From positions 2,411-66,410 of the forward strand of contig JBDTNQ010000008.1 in NCBI GenBank assembly GCA_039933635.1: DNA of 64,000 nucleotides. The letters are read 5' to 3'. A model generated the notes under the pieces. The model had not been told where the DNA came from. It did no database searches and worked only from the letters and a program-made list of their open reading frames with translations. The DNA is from Acidobacteriota bacterium (GTDB taxonomy: Bacteria; Acidobacteriota; Vicinamibacteria; Vicinamibacterales; SCN-69-37). This document shows, piece after piece, positions 38,143-48,329 of this stretch (position 1 is the stretch's first letter; every line of letters begins with the position of its first letter). A program made the translations under genes and the position numbers.

Positions 38143-39801
38143 TTACGGTGTGATGACGTAATGCGCGGTCGGAAGCGAGGGGAGCGTGTCGATCAATCGC
38201 AATGGTAACGCCGGTCCGTAGCGATTGAGAAAGAACGCGATGCTCAGCAGGCGTTCCTGGGGGTGCCCGGCCGGAAACGCCAGGGCGCGCGTGCGCATGA
38301 ACTGACGCTTGAGCGTCTCGTCCTTCTTCTTCGATGCCTGCAGAATCTTGCCTTGCAGGTTCTTCACCGTGTCACGCACGCGCTCGAGCGTCGTGTCGAC
38401 AGCTCCCGCCAGCGTGGGATCGACCGTGGCGACCACGGGCTTCAAGCGCGCCGTGCCGTCGGTGACGGCCGCGTCGAGCTGGGCGAACAGTTCATCCAGT
38501 TCGGCCGGGAGTTGAGCTGCGAGCAGTCGGTTGAGCGCGGATTCGTCCTGCGGCTGAAGGGCTTCGAGCGGGAGCGCGTGCCGGTCGAGAAATTTTGCGG
38601 CGGCCGAGTCGAGGATCGTTGCACTGGCGCGCGAGGCAAGCAGAGGCTGCGGCAGCCCGGACGCGCGGTAGGCATCGCGGAGCTGGGCCTGGTAGGCCAG
38701 CTCGCTCGGACCGGCGACGTAACAGGCGGTCGGGAAGAGGGTGTCCTGGACGAGCGGGCGAAGGAGGACGTTCGGGCTGAATCGCTCCGGATGCGCGGTC
38801 GCTTCCGCGGCCAGGGAGGCGGCGTCTCGGAATTCGTCCGCGATGAGAAAGCGGCCGTCGCGATGCCGGATCGGCCGGCGGCCGGTGGCGTCCATATAGA
38901 ACACGCACACCACATCCTCGCCCGGTTCAATCTGGGCGGCGTGACCGTGAGCGGCCATTTCGGCGCCGGTCGCGCGGGCTGACAGCGCCGTCTGACAGGG
39001 ATGGGTGAACTCCCGTGTGAACAGCGAGGCGACCAGCGGTTTGGCGCGCGGATCCGCCGCCTCGAAGACCACGAGGCCTTCGCCGCCGAGCACTTCTTCG
39101 ATCCAACCCGCGAATGCGCCCGAGATGCTGACGCCCGGGCGGTAGTGACGCCGAAGGCTGTCAACCACAACGGACGTGAACTCGGTCGGGGCGAGACACT
39201 GTTCGAGCGCATCGAGGACGGTGGTGATGTCCTGATCGAGTGACAAGGCGGCCACGGGAAGCGTGCCGGCGCCAATCGGCTCAGGCAGCGAGACTTCGTG
39301 CAGGGCGTAGTCGCGATCCAGTACTGCGGCGCTGCGAATCTCGGCGAAGTCGTGATCTTCGCCGTCGACCCAGAACACCGGAACCGTGGGAACGCCGTGC
39401 TCGTCGCGGACTTTGCGCGCCAGCTGGATGGTCGTCAGCGCTTTGAGCAGCGTGTAGAGGGGGCCGCCGAACAGGCCCGCCTGCTGCCCGGTCACGACGG
39501 CCACCGCCCGCGGGTCGGCCAGCGCGGACGCCGCCGTGACGGCCGCCGCCGGTGCCTGCCGCCGGGCGAGCTGCGCGCTGACGATGTCGTGGATGGCCGT
39601 GTGGTCGGTGTGCGCGCGCTGGACGCGTCCGATCACGTCTCCCCAGGCGGCTGAGTCGGCGGGGTTGCCGGTGAAGAACGAGGCGACGGACGCGAAATGT
39701 GCGGCGTGCGCGGCGACCAGCGGACGAATCCAGGGCAACCGGTCGAACGAAATCACGTCTCGCATCGCTCCGGCCACCGGCGCGTTTGGCTGAGAGGACA
39801 C
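38143..39801 (-). CDS. bshC: bacillithiol biosynthesis cysteine-adding enzyme BshC
   Basis: 552 aa. TGQQAGLFGGPLYTLLKALTTIQLA, FWVDGEDHDF, HPERFSPNVLLRPL and FFLNRYGP blocks match BshC (YllA family). Confidence 0.85.
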   Translation of the reverse strand: MSSQPNAPVAGAMRDVISFDRLPWIRPLVAAHAAHFASVASFFTGNPADSAAWGDVIGRVQRAHTDHTAIHDIVSAQLARRQAPAAAVTAASALADPRAVAVVTGQQAGLFGGPLYTLLKALTTIQLARKVRDEHGVPTVPVFWVDGEDHDFAEIRSAAVLDRDYALHEVSLPEPIGAGTLPVAALSLDQDITTVLDALEQCLAPTEFTSVVVDSLRRHYRPGVSISGAFAGWIEEVLGGEGLVVFEAADPRAKPLVASLFTREFTHPCQTALSARATGAEMAAHGHAAQIEPGEDVVCVFYMDATGRRPIRHRDGRFLIADEFRDAASLAAEATAHPERFSPNVLLRPLVQDTLFPTACYVAGPSELAYQAQLRDAYRASGLPQPLLASRASATILDSAAAKFLDRHALPLEALQPQDESALNRLLAAQLPAELDELFAQLDAAVTDGTARLKPVVATVDPTLAGAVDTTLERVRDTVKNLQGKILQASKKKDETLKRQFMRTRALAFPAGHPQERLLSIAFFLNRYGPALPLRLIDTLPSLPTAHYVITP

Positions 39802-40066
39802 GACGGCAATGTACTACACCGTCCGCGCCGGTTGGGCATCCTGCGGCGAAATCTCCAACTCGCGGGCGGTCCGGTACTGCTACGATATTCGGGCTGTTCT
39901 GAAGGAGATTCCCGCTGTCAGCTGACGACTCCCATACGGCGCGCGCGACGCGGTTCGAGAGGGCACTCGGGTCCTGTATGCGAACCGTACGTGGCGTGCG
40001 GGCGGCCGTGTGTCGTGCGGCCGGCGCGGCGCGAATGACGTCGGTGGCCATGAACGGAGATCTGGA

Positions 40067-41194
40067 TTGAACGCAGTGCTCGCGCTCGAAAACGGGACAG
40101 TCTTTCGCGGAAGGTCGGCCGGTGCGGCTGGCGAAACCGGGGGAGAGGTCGTCTTCAACACGAGCATGACCGGCTATCAGGAAGTCCTCACCGATCCGTC
40201 CTACTCCGGGCAGATCGTGACGATGACGTGTCCTGAGATCGGCAATTACGGCGTGACCGCGGAAGACGTGGAGTCGCGGGGTCTGCAGGTCGCCGGGTTC
40301 ATCATCCGGTCGGAGTCGCCCATTGCGAGCAACTGGCGCGCCGAGGGCACCTTGCACGACTACCTCGCCAGTCACGGCGTCGTGGCGATCTGCGATATCG
40401 ACACGCGCGCGCTGACGCGTCTCTTGCGCTCGTCTGGCGTGATGCGGGGCATGATCGGCACGGGCCGGGTCGACGCGGCCGATCTCGTCGAACGAGCCCG
40501 CGCGTTGCCGCAGATGGAGGGCGCGGATCTGGTCCAGGGTGTGACCTGCCAGACCCCCTTTGCGTACAAGGACCTCGCCAGCAACGACTTCGCCATTGCG
40601 CCGGGACGCACCAGCCGGGTGCCATTGAAGGTTGCCGCGTACGACTTCGGCATGAAGTGGAACATCCTCAGGCGCTTTGCGGCGTACGGGTGCGACGTCA
40701 CGGTTTACCCGGCGTCGACGCCCGCTTCCCAGTTGCTCGCCACGAAGCCCGACGGGCTGTTCTTCAGCAACGGCCCCGGCGATCCGGCCGTGCTCGATTA
40801 CGCCATTGCCAATGCGAAGACGGCGGTGGCGAGCGGCGTGCCGACGTTCGGCATCTGCCTCGGCCATCAGGTGCTTGGCCTGGCCCTCGGTGCCAGCACG
40901 TTCAAGTTGAAATTCGGCCATCGCGGTGCGAACCACCCGGTGAAGGACCTGGTGACGGGCAAGATCGAGATCACCTCACAGAATCATGGGTTTGCCGTCG
41001 ATCCGGCGACCCTGCCGCACGACGTCGAGGTGACCCACAAGAATCTGTACGACGGGACGATCGAAGGGCTGCGACATACCTCTCGCCCTGTGTTCTGCGT
41101 GCAGTATCACCCGGAAGCCGCGCCCGGCCCGCACGACGCGGACTACCTGTTCAGCCAGTTCATTGACGCCATGGAAAAGGGCAAGACCCCGTAG
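40067..41194 (+). CDS. carA: carbamoyl-phosphate synthase small (glutaminase) subunit
   Basis: [38 protein letters not shown] aligns with CarA N-termini. GATase triad region GICLGHQ. TTG at 40067 is preferred over ATG at 40010. Confidence 0.93.
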   Translation: MNAVLALENGTVFRGRSAGAAGETGGEVVFNTSMTGYQEVLTDPSYSGQIVTMTCPEIGNYGVTAEDVESRGLQVAGFIIRSESPIASNWRAEGTLHDYLASHGVVAICDIDTRALTRLLRSSGVMRGMIGTGRVDAADLVERARALPQMEGADLVQGVTCQTPFAYKDLASNDFAIAPGRTSRVPLKVAAYDFGMKWNILRRFAAYGCDVTVYPASTPASQLLATKPDGLFFSNGPGDPAVLDYAIANAKTAVASGVPTFGICLGHQVLGLALGASTFKLKFGHRGANHPVKDLVTGKIEITSQNHGFAVDPATLPHDVEVTHKNLYDGTIEGLRHTSRPVFCVQYHPEAAPGPHDADYLFSQFIDAMEKGKTP

Positions 41195-41200
41195 GCGCCA

Positions 41201-41243
41201 GGAATCGACGTTCGGAACGCCCAGAACCCGGAACCCCAGAACC
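41201..41243. repeat. GGAAC/CAGAACC repeat block in the carA-carB spacer
   Basis: GGAATCGACGTTCGGAACGCCCAGAACCCGGAACCCCAGAACC runs directly into the TTG start of carB. Confidence 0.85.
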
Positions 41244-44200
41244 TTGCCCAAACGCACCGACCTGAAACGCATCCTCGTCATTGGGTCTGGCCCGATCGTC
41301 ATCGGCCAGGCCTGTGAGTTCGACTATTCGGGCACCCAGGCGTGCAAGGCGCTTCGCTCGGAAGGCCTGCAGGTCATTCTGGTCAACAGCAATCCGGCGA
41401 CGATCATGACGGACCCGGAAACGGCCGACCGGACGTACGTCGAGCCGTTGACGGTCGAAGCGGTCGAGCAGGTCATTGCGCGTGAGCGGCCCGATGCGCT
41501 CCTGCCGACGGTCGGCGGTCAGACAGCGCTCAATCTCGCCGTCGACCTGGCGAAGGCTGGTGTGCTCGAGAAATACAACGTCGCGTTGATTGGGGCGTCG
41601 ATCGAGGCGATTGAGGTCGCGGAGGACCGGCTGAAGTTCAAGGACGCGATGCGCTCGATCGGCATCGAAGTACCGGAGAGTTCGGTCGCCGGCTCGATGG
41701 AGCAGGCGCTCGAGACCGCCGATCGCATCGGTTTCCCGCTCATCATTCGTCCGTCGTTCACGATGGGTGGCGTTGGTGGTGGGATCGCCTACAACATCGA
41801 GGAGTTCCGCGAGATCTGTCAGCGCGGTCTGGGCCTGAGCCCCGTGCACGAGATCCTGGTCGAAGAGTCGGTCATCGGCTGGAAGGAATTCGAGCTCGAG
41901 GTCATGCGCGATCACGCGGACAACTTCGTCGTGATCTGTTCGATTGAGAATATCGATCCGATGGGCGTGCACACGGGCGACAGCATCACGGTCGCGCCGG
42001 CATTGACGCTGACGGATCGCGAGTATCAGCGGATGCGCGACGCCGCGCGCCGCATCATCCGGCGCGTGGGCGTCGAAACGGGTGGGTCGAACATCCAGTT
42101 CGCGATCAACCCGGCCGACGGCCGGATGGTCGCGATCGAGATGAACCCTCGCGTGTCACGCTCGTCGGCCCTTGCGTCGAAGGCCACGGGATTTCCCATC
42201 GCGAAGATCGCCGCGAAGCTCGCGCTCGGGTACAGTCTCGACGAGATTCCGAACGACATCACCCGCCTCACCCCCGCGTCATTCGAGCCGACGATCGACT
42301 ACGTTGTCGTGAAGGTGCCGCGCTGGGCGTTCGAAAAGTTCCCGCAGGCCGATCGCACGCTGACCACGCAGATGAAATCGGTGGGCGAGGCGATGGCCAT
42401 CGGCCGCACGTTCAAGGAAGCGTTCCTGAAGGCGTTCCGCTCGCTCGAGCTGGGATCGAGTGGCCGCCTCCTGAGCCAGGCGGATGCCCGCGAAGACGAT
42501 GTGTCCCTGCAGCAGGCGCTTGGGATTCCGACCGACCGGCGCATGTGGGCGGTGTTCCGGGCGCTCGAGCGCGGGTGGACCCTCGACGAGATCCATCGCC
42601 TCACGCACATCGACCGCTGGTTTCTCACACAGTTCCAGCAGATTGTGGAGCTCGCGCGCGCGGCGGAAGCCGTCGGCGCGCGGGACTTGTCGGATGATCT
42701 GCTGCGCGATCTGAAACGCGCCGGGTTCGCGGACACCGACGTCGCACGGCTCATCGGCACCGATGAGGACAGTATTCGCGTCCGCCGGCAGGAAGCCGGC
42801 CTGGTGCCCGCGTACAAGCGCATCGACACGTGCGCCGCGGAGTTCGAGTCGTACACGCCCTACATGTACGGCACGTTCGAGGACCAGTGCGAGGCCGAGC
42901 CGACGTCGCGCCCGAAGGTCGTGATCCTGGGCAGCGGCCCTAATCGCATCGGCCAGGGTATCGAGTTCGACTATTGCTGTTGTCACGCGGCGTTCGCGTT
43001 GCGCGACCAGGGCTACGAAACGGTCATGGTGAACTGCAATCCGGAGACGGTCTCGACCGACTACGACTCGGTCGATCGTCTGTACTTCGAGCCGCTGACG
43101 TTCGAGGACGTCTTTGCGATCACCGAACGCGAGAAGTCCCAGGGCGGTGACGTGTCGTGCGTGGTTCAATACGGCGGCCAGACCCCGCTCAAGCTGTCGC
43201 TGCGCCTGCAGGAAGCGGGCGTGAAGATCATCGGCACGTCGCCCGATTCGATCGACCTGGCCGAGGATCGGGAGCGCTTCGCCAAACTGCTCTGGGATCT
43301 CGGCATCCCGCAGGCCGCCAGCGGCACGGCGACCTCGCCGGAGGAAGCGCAGGACGTCGCGGCGTCCATCGGGTTTCCCGTCGTCGTGCGTCCATCGTAC
43401 GTACTGGGCGGCCGCGCGATGGCGATCGTGTACGACACGGCGGCGCTCGATCGCTACATGCGTCACGCCGTCCAGGCCTCGCCGGAACACCCGATCCTGA
43501 TCGACAAGTTCCTCGAGGACGCCACCGAAATTGACGTCGACGCCATCGCCGACGCGACCGGTGCGGTCGTCATCGGCGGGGTCATGGAACACATCGAGCA
43601 GGCCGGCATTCACTCGGGCGACAGCTCGTGCGTGATCCCGCCCTTCCAGCTGGCGGATCGGCACGTCGCAGCCATCCGCGACTACACGCGCCGCGTCGCG
43701 CGCGCGTTGAAGGTGATCGGCCTGATGAACGCACAGTTCGCGATCAAGGACGATGTCGTCTATGTTCTCGAGGTCAATCCGAGAGCGTCGCGGACGGTCC
43801 CGTACTTGTCGAAGGCGACGGGAGTCCCCTTGGCCAAGGTGGCGGCCAATGTGATGGTCGGTCGTTCCTTGGCCGATCAGGGGCTGACGAAGGATCTCGA
43901 GGTGCGCGGTTCTTTCGTGAAGACGCCGGTGTTTCCGTTCGTCCGATTCCCTGGCGTCGACACGCTGCTCGGCCCGGAGATGAAGTCGACGGGCGAGGTG
44001 ATGGGCGGCGCCGAGACGTTCGGCGCTGCGTTTGCCAAGGCGCAGATGGGCGCCGGCCAGAAGCTGCCGCAGAGCGGCACGGCGTTCATCAGCGTGAACA
44101 ACCGCGACAAAGCCAGCGTCGTGCCGATCGCGCGCGACCTGGCGCGGCTGGGCTTTTCACTGATGGCCACGCGCGGCACCGCCGCATATCTGCGGGCGCA

Positions 44201-44480
44201 CGGCATCGACGCATCGATCGTGTTCAAGATCAACGAAGGCCGGCCGCACGTCGGCGACGAACTCCGCAATCGCCGAATCGCGCTCGTGATCAACACCCCG
44301 CTGGGGCGCGACTCGTACTTCGACGACCGCGCGGTCCGCAGTGTGGCGATGATGCAGGGCGTCCCAGCCATCACGACACTCACTGGCGCCGCGGCGGCCG
44401 TCAGCGCCATCGAGGCCATGCGCACGGAAGGGCTGACGGTGAAGTCGCTTCAGGAATACCATGCGGAGATGGGGCGATGA
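41244..44480 (+). CDS. carB: carbamoyl-phosphate synthase large subunit
   Basis: [33 protein letters not shown] matches the CarB N-terminus, so the TTG at 41244 is preferred over the ORF-track start at 41163. Duplicated ATP-grasp halves and an MGS-like C-terminus. Confidence 0.96.
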   Translation: MPKRTDLKRILVIGSGPIVIGQACEFDYSGTQACKALRSEGLQVILVNSNPATIMTDPETADRTYVEPLTVEAVEQVIARERPDALLPTVGGQTALNLAVDLAKAGVLEKYNVALIGASIEAIEVAEDRLKFKDAMRSIGIEVPESSVAGSMEQALETADRIGFPLIIRPSFTMGGVGGGIAYNIEEFREICQRGLGLSPVHEILVEESVIGWKEFELEVMRDHADNFVVICSIENIDPMGVHTGDSITVAPALTLTDREYQRMRDAARRIIRRVGVETGGSNIQFAINPADGRMVAIEMNPRVSRSSALASKATGFPIAKIAAKLALGYSLDEIPNDITRLTPASFEPTIDYVVVKVPRWAFEKFPQADRTLTTQMKSVGEAMAIGRTFKEAFLKAFRSLELGSSGRLLSQADAREDDVSLQQALGIPTDRRMWAVFRALERGWTLDEIHRLTHIDRWFLTQFQQIVELARAAEAVGARDLSDDLLRDLKRAGFADTDVARLIGTDEDSIRVRRQEAGLVPAYKRIDTCAAEFESYTPYMYGTFEDQCEAEPTSRPKVVILGSGPNRIGQGIEFDYCCCHAAFALRDQGYETVMVNCNPETVSTDYDSVDRLYFEPLTFEDVFAITEREKSQGGDVSCVVQYGGQTPLKLSLRLQEAGVKIIGTSPDSIDLAEDRERFAKLLWDLGIPQAASGTATSPEEAQDVAASIGFPVVVRPSYVLGGRAMAIVYDTAALDRYMRHAVQASPEHPILIDKFLEDATEIDVDAIADATGAVVIGGVMEHIEQAGIHSGDSSCVIPPFQLADRHVAAIRDYTRRVARALKVIGLMNAQFAIKDDVVYVLEVNPRASRTVPYLSKATGVPLAKVAANVMVGRSLADQGLTKDLEVRGSFVKTPVFPFVRFPGVDTLLGPEMKSTGEVMGGAETFGAAFAKAQMGAGQKLPQSGTAFISVNNRDKASVVPIARDLARLGFSLMATRGTAAYLRAHGIDASIVFKINEGRPHVGDELRNRRIALVINTPLGRDSYFDDRAVRSVAMMQGVPAITTLTGAAAAVSAIEAMRTEGLTVKSLQEYHAEMGR

Positions 44481-44565
44481 CATCGGGTCATCGGGCTATC
44501 GGGTCATCGGATCATTGCATCCGATCAGCGGACAATCGCATCGGATCATCGGGGCGTCGGGTCGT
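44481..44565. repeat. CATCGGRT octamer tandem array with embedded palindrome
   Basis: About 8 units (CATCGGGT, CATCGGGCT, ATCGGGT, CATCGGAT ...) fill the whole carB-arfB spacer. Includes ATCGGAT-CATTGC-ATCCGAT. Confidence 0.9.
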
Positions 44566-44567
44566 CT

Positions 44568-44984
44568 ATGCCCATCCAAGTCACGTCCTCCCTCGTTCTT
44601 GCTGACAGCGAGTTCTCGGAGTCGTTCGTCAGAGCCTCCGGGCCCGGCGGCCAAAACGTAAACAAAGTCGCGACGGCCGTGCAGCTGCGGCTGCACGTGG
44701 GCAGGGTATCGCTCCCCGACGCGGCCAGGGCACGGCTGCGCATCCTGGCCGGATCGCGGCTGACAACTGACGACGAGCTTGTGGTCGAAGCGCGGGAACA
44801 TCGAACGCAGGCGCAAAACAGGGAAGCGGCGCGGGAGAGGCTGGCCGACCTGATCCGACGCGCGCTGGTGCGGCCGAAGTCGCGGCGCAAGACGGCACCG
44901 ACGAGAGCATCGAAGGAGCGCCGGCTCGAGGGCAAGGCGCGGCGATCCCGCATCAAACGGGCGCGGCGTGCGGACGACGACTGA
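44568..44984 (+). CDS. arfB: alternative ribosome-rescue factor ArfB (peptidyl-tRNA hydrolase, GGQ)
   Basis: 138 aa. SGPGGQNVNKVATAV motif and a basic C-terminal tail. Confidence 0.9.
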   Translation: MPIQVTSSLVLADSEFSESFVRASGPGGQNVNKVATAVQLRLHVGRVSLPDAARARLRILAGSRLTTDDELVVEAREHRTQAQNREAARERLADLIRRALVRPKSRRKTAPTRASKERRLEGKARRSRIKRARRADDD

Positions 44985-45007
44985 GCCGCGAAGGGACCCC
45001 GTACAAG

Positions 45008-45039
45008 AAAAACGGCGGCACGACCGAAGCCGCGCCGCC
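45008..45039 (-). terminator. intrinsic terminator of the OMP gene (possibly bidirectional)
   Basis: Minus strand reads GGCGGCGCGGC-TTCG-GTCGTGCCGCC-GTTTTT, an 11-bp stem including 2 GU pairs. Confidence 0.75.
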
Positions 45040-45062
45040 CGATTTCAGCCGCCGGTGGCGGT

Positions 45063-45701
45063 CTAGTTGAAGCGGAACTTGCCGACCAGTTCGAACGTGA
45101 AGGTCTTCAGGTTGTTCGTGTCGCCGCTGTCCGAGATGTTACGCAGGCCCCAGTTGCCACGCGCTTCAATCCCGACGCGGTAAAACTCGACGCCGGCGCC
45201 GCCAATGACGCCGATGTCGGCTCCACTGAAGTTGTTGCTGATGTCAAGGTCGCTGATGACGAGTTTCTGCTTCAGGTTGATCGTGAAAACCGGTCCGACG
45301 ATCGCGTAGGCCGCGATGCCGTTCTTGCTCCTCTGGCCGAAGTTGATGTGGAACACGGCCGGGATTTCGAGGGCGTTTGCCTTGACTTCGTTCGGATCAC
45401 CCTTCGCGCCGAAGTGCCGAATCAGGTACACGAACTCACCGGTGAAGCCGATGAGCCCGTTCTTGTTGCCACCGATCCAGAGGCCGAAGCCTTCCCCGGA
45501 ACGGCCCTTGAAGAGGTTGTCCGCGTTCGTGCCGCGGAACGACGTGTGGGTAATCATGCCTTCGACACCGATGCCGATGCCGCTGTCTTCGTGACTGGCT
45601 GTGTTCTGGGCCAGCGCGGGCTGGGCCAAAGCGAGGGAAGAAAGTAGTACCAGAGTAGAAAGGGCTACACCCTTGAACGATCGCATAAAACGTCTCCTCA
45701 T
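45063..45701 (-). CDS. outer-membrane beta-barrel (porin-family) protein
   Basis: 212 aa. Signal peptide ..SSLALAQPALAQ, beta-strand periodicity and C-terminal ..GKFRFN. Similar size and architecture to 20020..20622. Confidence 0.72.
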   Translation of the reverse strand: MRRRFMRSFKGVALSTLVLLSSLALAQPALAQNTASHEDSGIGIGVEGMITHTSFRGTNADNLFKGRSGEGFGLWIGGNKNGLIGFTGEFVYLIRHFGAKGDPNEVKANALEIPAVFHINFGQRSKNGIAAYAIVGPVFTINLKQKLVISDLDISNNFSGADIGVIGGAGVEFYRVGIEARGNWGLRNISDSGDTNNLKTFTFELVGKFRFN

Positions 45702-45899
45702 TGGTCCCGCCGCTGGGGGCGCCGTGACCTCCCTTGAAGGATACCTGTCTCGTGGCGATTCCGGAAGTCCCGTAGTTTGCAGGGTTTGCCAGACCTAACC
45801 GTCGTCATTGCAGAATTTGCAACGATGCGGACCGCCTTTCGCGATTTCAGGCCTGTTTTCTGGGCCCAAGGCTGACACCGCCCTTGCAGTGTCCGGAGT

Positions 45900-48329
45900 G
45901 TGCCCTGGGTGCGCCTGCTGTCGGGTTCGATCGTACTGGGTGCAAGCATCGGCTGTTTGACCCCCTGGCCGCCAACTGCCCTCTATGCCTTGGCGATGGC
46001 CATGCTCGCCTGTGCGATGGCCTTCGGCCGACGGCGCCCAACGGTCGGGCTCCTGCTCGCGGCATTTGTGGCGATCGTGGCCGCGCGCTCGGCTCAATGG
46101 CGAGACGCCGCCCTGGCCCCACCCGTTGCGGTCTGGTTTGCCGAGGCGAAGCAAGACGACGCGGTGATGGCTGAAGGGTGGCTGGTGGGTGACGCCGAGC
46201 CGAGCGTGGACGAGACGATGAGGGCCCGCGTGGCCTTGGAGGCCCTGGAGGTGCGGGGCCAACGGATTGAGACCTCCGGGATCGTCCAGTGGTATGTCGG
46301 AGGCCGGTCGGCGCCGGCGGCGCCGGAGTGGACCAACGGACGGCATGTGCGGGCGCCTGTTGTCTGGCGCTGGCCCAGGGTGACGCACAACCCCGGTTCG
46401 CCCAATCGTCAGTGGCAGGCGTTGCTTCGCGGGTACGTCTTGGCGGGCAGCGTGAAAAGCGCGGCATTGGTGTCGGTGGATCGTGCCAGCTGGTGGCAGG
46501 AGTGGCCCGCCGACGCCCGGCGTCGCGTCCGTACCGTCCTCACCGACACGGTCGCGCGCCGTGATCCTGTGGCGGCGGCAATCGCCATCGCGATTCTGAT
46601 TGGCGATCGCTCGCGACTGGATCCGGACGTGATTGCCAGCCTCCGCGACGCGGGTACGTATCACGTGGTCGCGATCTCCGGCGGCAACGTGGCGCTGGTG
46701 ATTGCGGCCTTGACGCTGGGGCTTCGTGGCGCCGTCCGGTCGTTTCGATGGGGCGCGGCCCTGGCGATCCCCGGTGTGCTCGCGTATGCGGCGGTCGTGG
46801 GCGGCGACCCGTCGGTTGACCGTGCGATTGCGGCCGCGGTGGTCTATCTCGCGGCGGAACTGACGGGCCTGTTGATCGAGCCGCTGGATGTGCTCGCGGT
46901 GGTCATCGGCGGCCTCGTGCTCTACGACCCCGTCGTGGCCGTGACACCCGCGGCGTGGCTGTCGTTTGGTGCGACGACGGGCATTGTGCTCGGGGCTGAG
47001 CGGGTCGTGCGGGTGGCCGCGGCCCTACGCCAGGCGCCGGTGTCCTTGTGGAACAAGGTGCGGCGGTGGGGGCTTGGCATCGTGGCGGCGACGGTGGCGG
47101 CCGAACTTGCGTTGGTTCCCGTCTCGACGGCCGTGTTCTCGCGAGTGAGCGTCGCCGGGCTGGTGCTGAACCTTGTTGCCATTCCGGCGATGGCGGTCGT
47201 GGAACTGGCAGGGCTCGCGCTTGTGTTCCTGGACGGCGTTCCGGTCGTAGGCACGCTCGCCGTGTGGGCGGTGGTTGGCGGCGTGCGTGCGCTGCTGGGC
47301 TCAGCCCGTGTCGTTCCGCTGTTGCCATGGCTGACGTGGCGTGCGCCGCCTTCATCCGCGGTTTGGCTGATCGTCTTCTACGGTGGAGCAGTGGCGGCGT
47401 TGTCCCTGCAAGGCCGATGGCGGCGATGGCCCGTGGCGGCTGCCGCCGGCGCGCTCGTTGTGATCGTCACGGCACCTGGTGTCTGGTTGGCCCGACCGCC
47501 GCGAGGATGGTTGCGGCTGACGGTCATCGACGTGGGGCAGGGTGATGCTTTACTCGTCCAGTTTGCATCCGGACGGTCCTTGCTCGTCGACGGCGGGCCA
47601 TCATCGGAGGCGTTCGACTCCGGCGAGCGCGTCGTGACGCCCACACTGTGGGCGCTCGGCGTTCGGCGGCTCGATTGGCTGGCCTTCACGCACGCCGATC
47701 TCGATCACATCGGCGGCACGATGGCGGTGGCCGACACGTTTGGTCCGCGCGAAGTGTGGGAAGGCGTGCCGGTGCCGCGCGACGAGCGGCGGGCGAGGTT
47801 GAGAACCGCGGCGCTCGAGCGAGGGCAGATCTGGAGGCAACTCCGCGCAGGCGATATTTTCGACGTCGGGGACGTGTCCGTCGAGGTGATGAGTCCGCCG
47901 GTGCCGGATTGGGAGCGACAGCGCGTCAGAAACGACGATTCCCTGGTGCTGCGGATTCGTGACGGCGACGTCGAGTTGCTGCTGACGGGTGACATCGGAC
48001 AGGCCGTCGAGGCCGCCCTTCCGGTCAACAAAGGTCTCGAGCCTGCTCTGCGCATCTTGAAGGTCGCCCACCACGGCAGCCGGTCATCGTCGTCGGACGA
48101 CTTCGTGAAGAGGTACGCGCCGGACCTCGCGTTGATCAGTGTGGGCCGCAACAACACCTTCGGACACCCGTCGCCCGAGGTCGTGCGGAGGTTCCGGGAC
48201 GTCGGTGCGGCGATCGCGCGCACCGACGAAGAGGGTGCGATCAGCGTCGAGACGGACGGGCGCGAGATCCGCGTGAAGACATGGTCCGGTCGGACGTTGA
48301 CGATGAGGAAGGGGAGTCCTGCTGTTTGA
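45900..48329 (+). CDS. comEC: DNA internalisation competence protein ComEC/Rec2 with C-terminal metallo-beta-lactamase domain
   Basis: 809 aa. Multi-TM competence domain (YHVVAISGGNV) and an MBL domain (VIDVGQGDALLV, HADLDHIGG, VAHHGS). Confidence 0.88.
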   Translation: MPWVRLLSGSIVLGASIGCLTPWPPTALYALAMAMLACAMAFGRRRPTVGLLLAAFVAIVAARSAQWRDAALAPPVAVWFAEAKQDDAVMAEGWLVGDAEPSVDETMRARVALEALEVRGQRIETSGIVQWYVGGRSAPAAPEWTNGRHVRAPVVWRWPRVTHNPGSPNRQWQALLRGYVLAGSVKSAALVSVDRASWWQEWPADARRRVRTVLTDTVARRDPVAAAIAIAILIGDRSRLDPDVIASLRDAGTYHVVAISGGNVALVIAALTLGLRGAVRSFRWGAALAIPGVLAYAAVVGGDPSVDRAIAAAVVYLAAELTGLLIEPLDVLAVVIGGLVLYDPVVAVTPAAWLSFGATTGIVLGAERVVRVAAALRQAPVSLWNKVRRWGLGIVAATVAAELALVPVSTAVFSRVSVAGLVLNLVAIPAMAVVELAGLALVFLDGVPVVGTLAVWAVVGGVRALLGSARVVPLLPWLTWRAPPSSAVWLIVFYGGAVAALSLQGRWRRWPVAAAAGALVVIVTAPGVWLARPPRGWLRLTVIDVGQGDALLVQFASGRSLLVDGGPSSEAFDSGERVVTPTLWALGVRRLDWLAFTHADLDHIGGTMAVADTFGPREVWEGVPVPRDERRARLRTAALERGQIWRQLRAGDIFDVGDVSVEVMSPPVPDWERQRVRNDDSLVLRIRDGDVELLLTGDIGQAVEAALPVNKGLEPALRILKVAHHGSRSSSSDDFVKRYAPDLALISVGRNNTFGHPSPEVVRRFRDVGAAIARTDEEGAISVETDGREIRVKTWSGRTLTMRKGSPAV

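Noticed and set aside
39940-39990. PyrR-binding attenuator in the carA leader (GGUUCGAGAGGGCA versus the UCCAGAGAGGCU loop)
   Set aside because: The match to the PyrR loop consensus is only partial. There is no downstream terminator with a U-run and no pyrR in the window. I kept it only as a generic structured-leader observation.
45063-45701. Locally lower GC of the OMP gene as a sign of horizontal transfer
   Set aside because: There are no flanking mobility genes, tRNA or direct repeats. A similar OMP paralogue sits at 20020..20622. Its own canonical terminator and composition fit a highly expressed native gene. I cannot compute GC statistics rigorously here.
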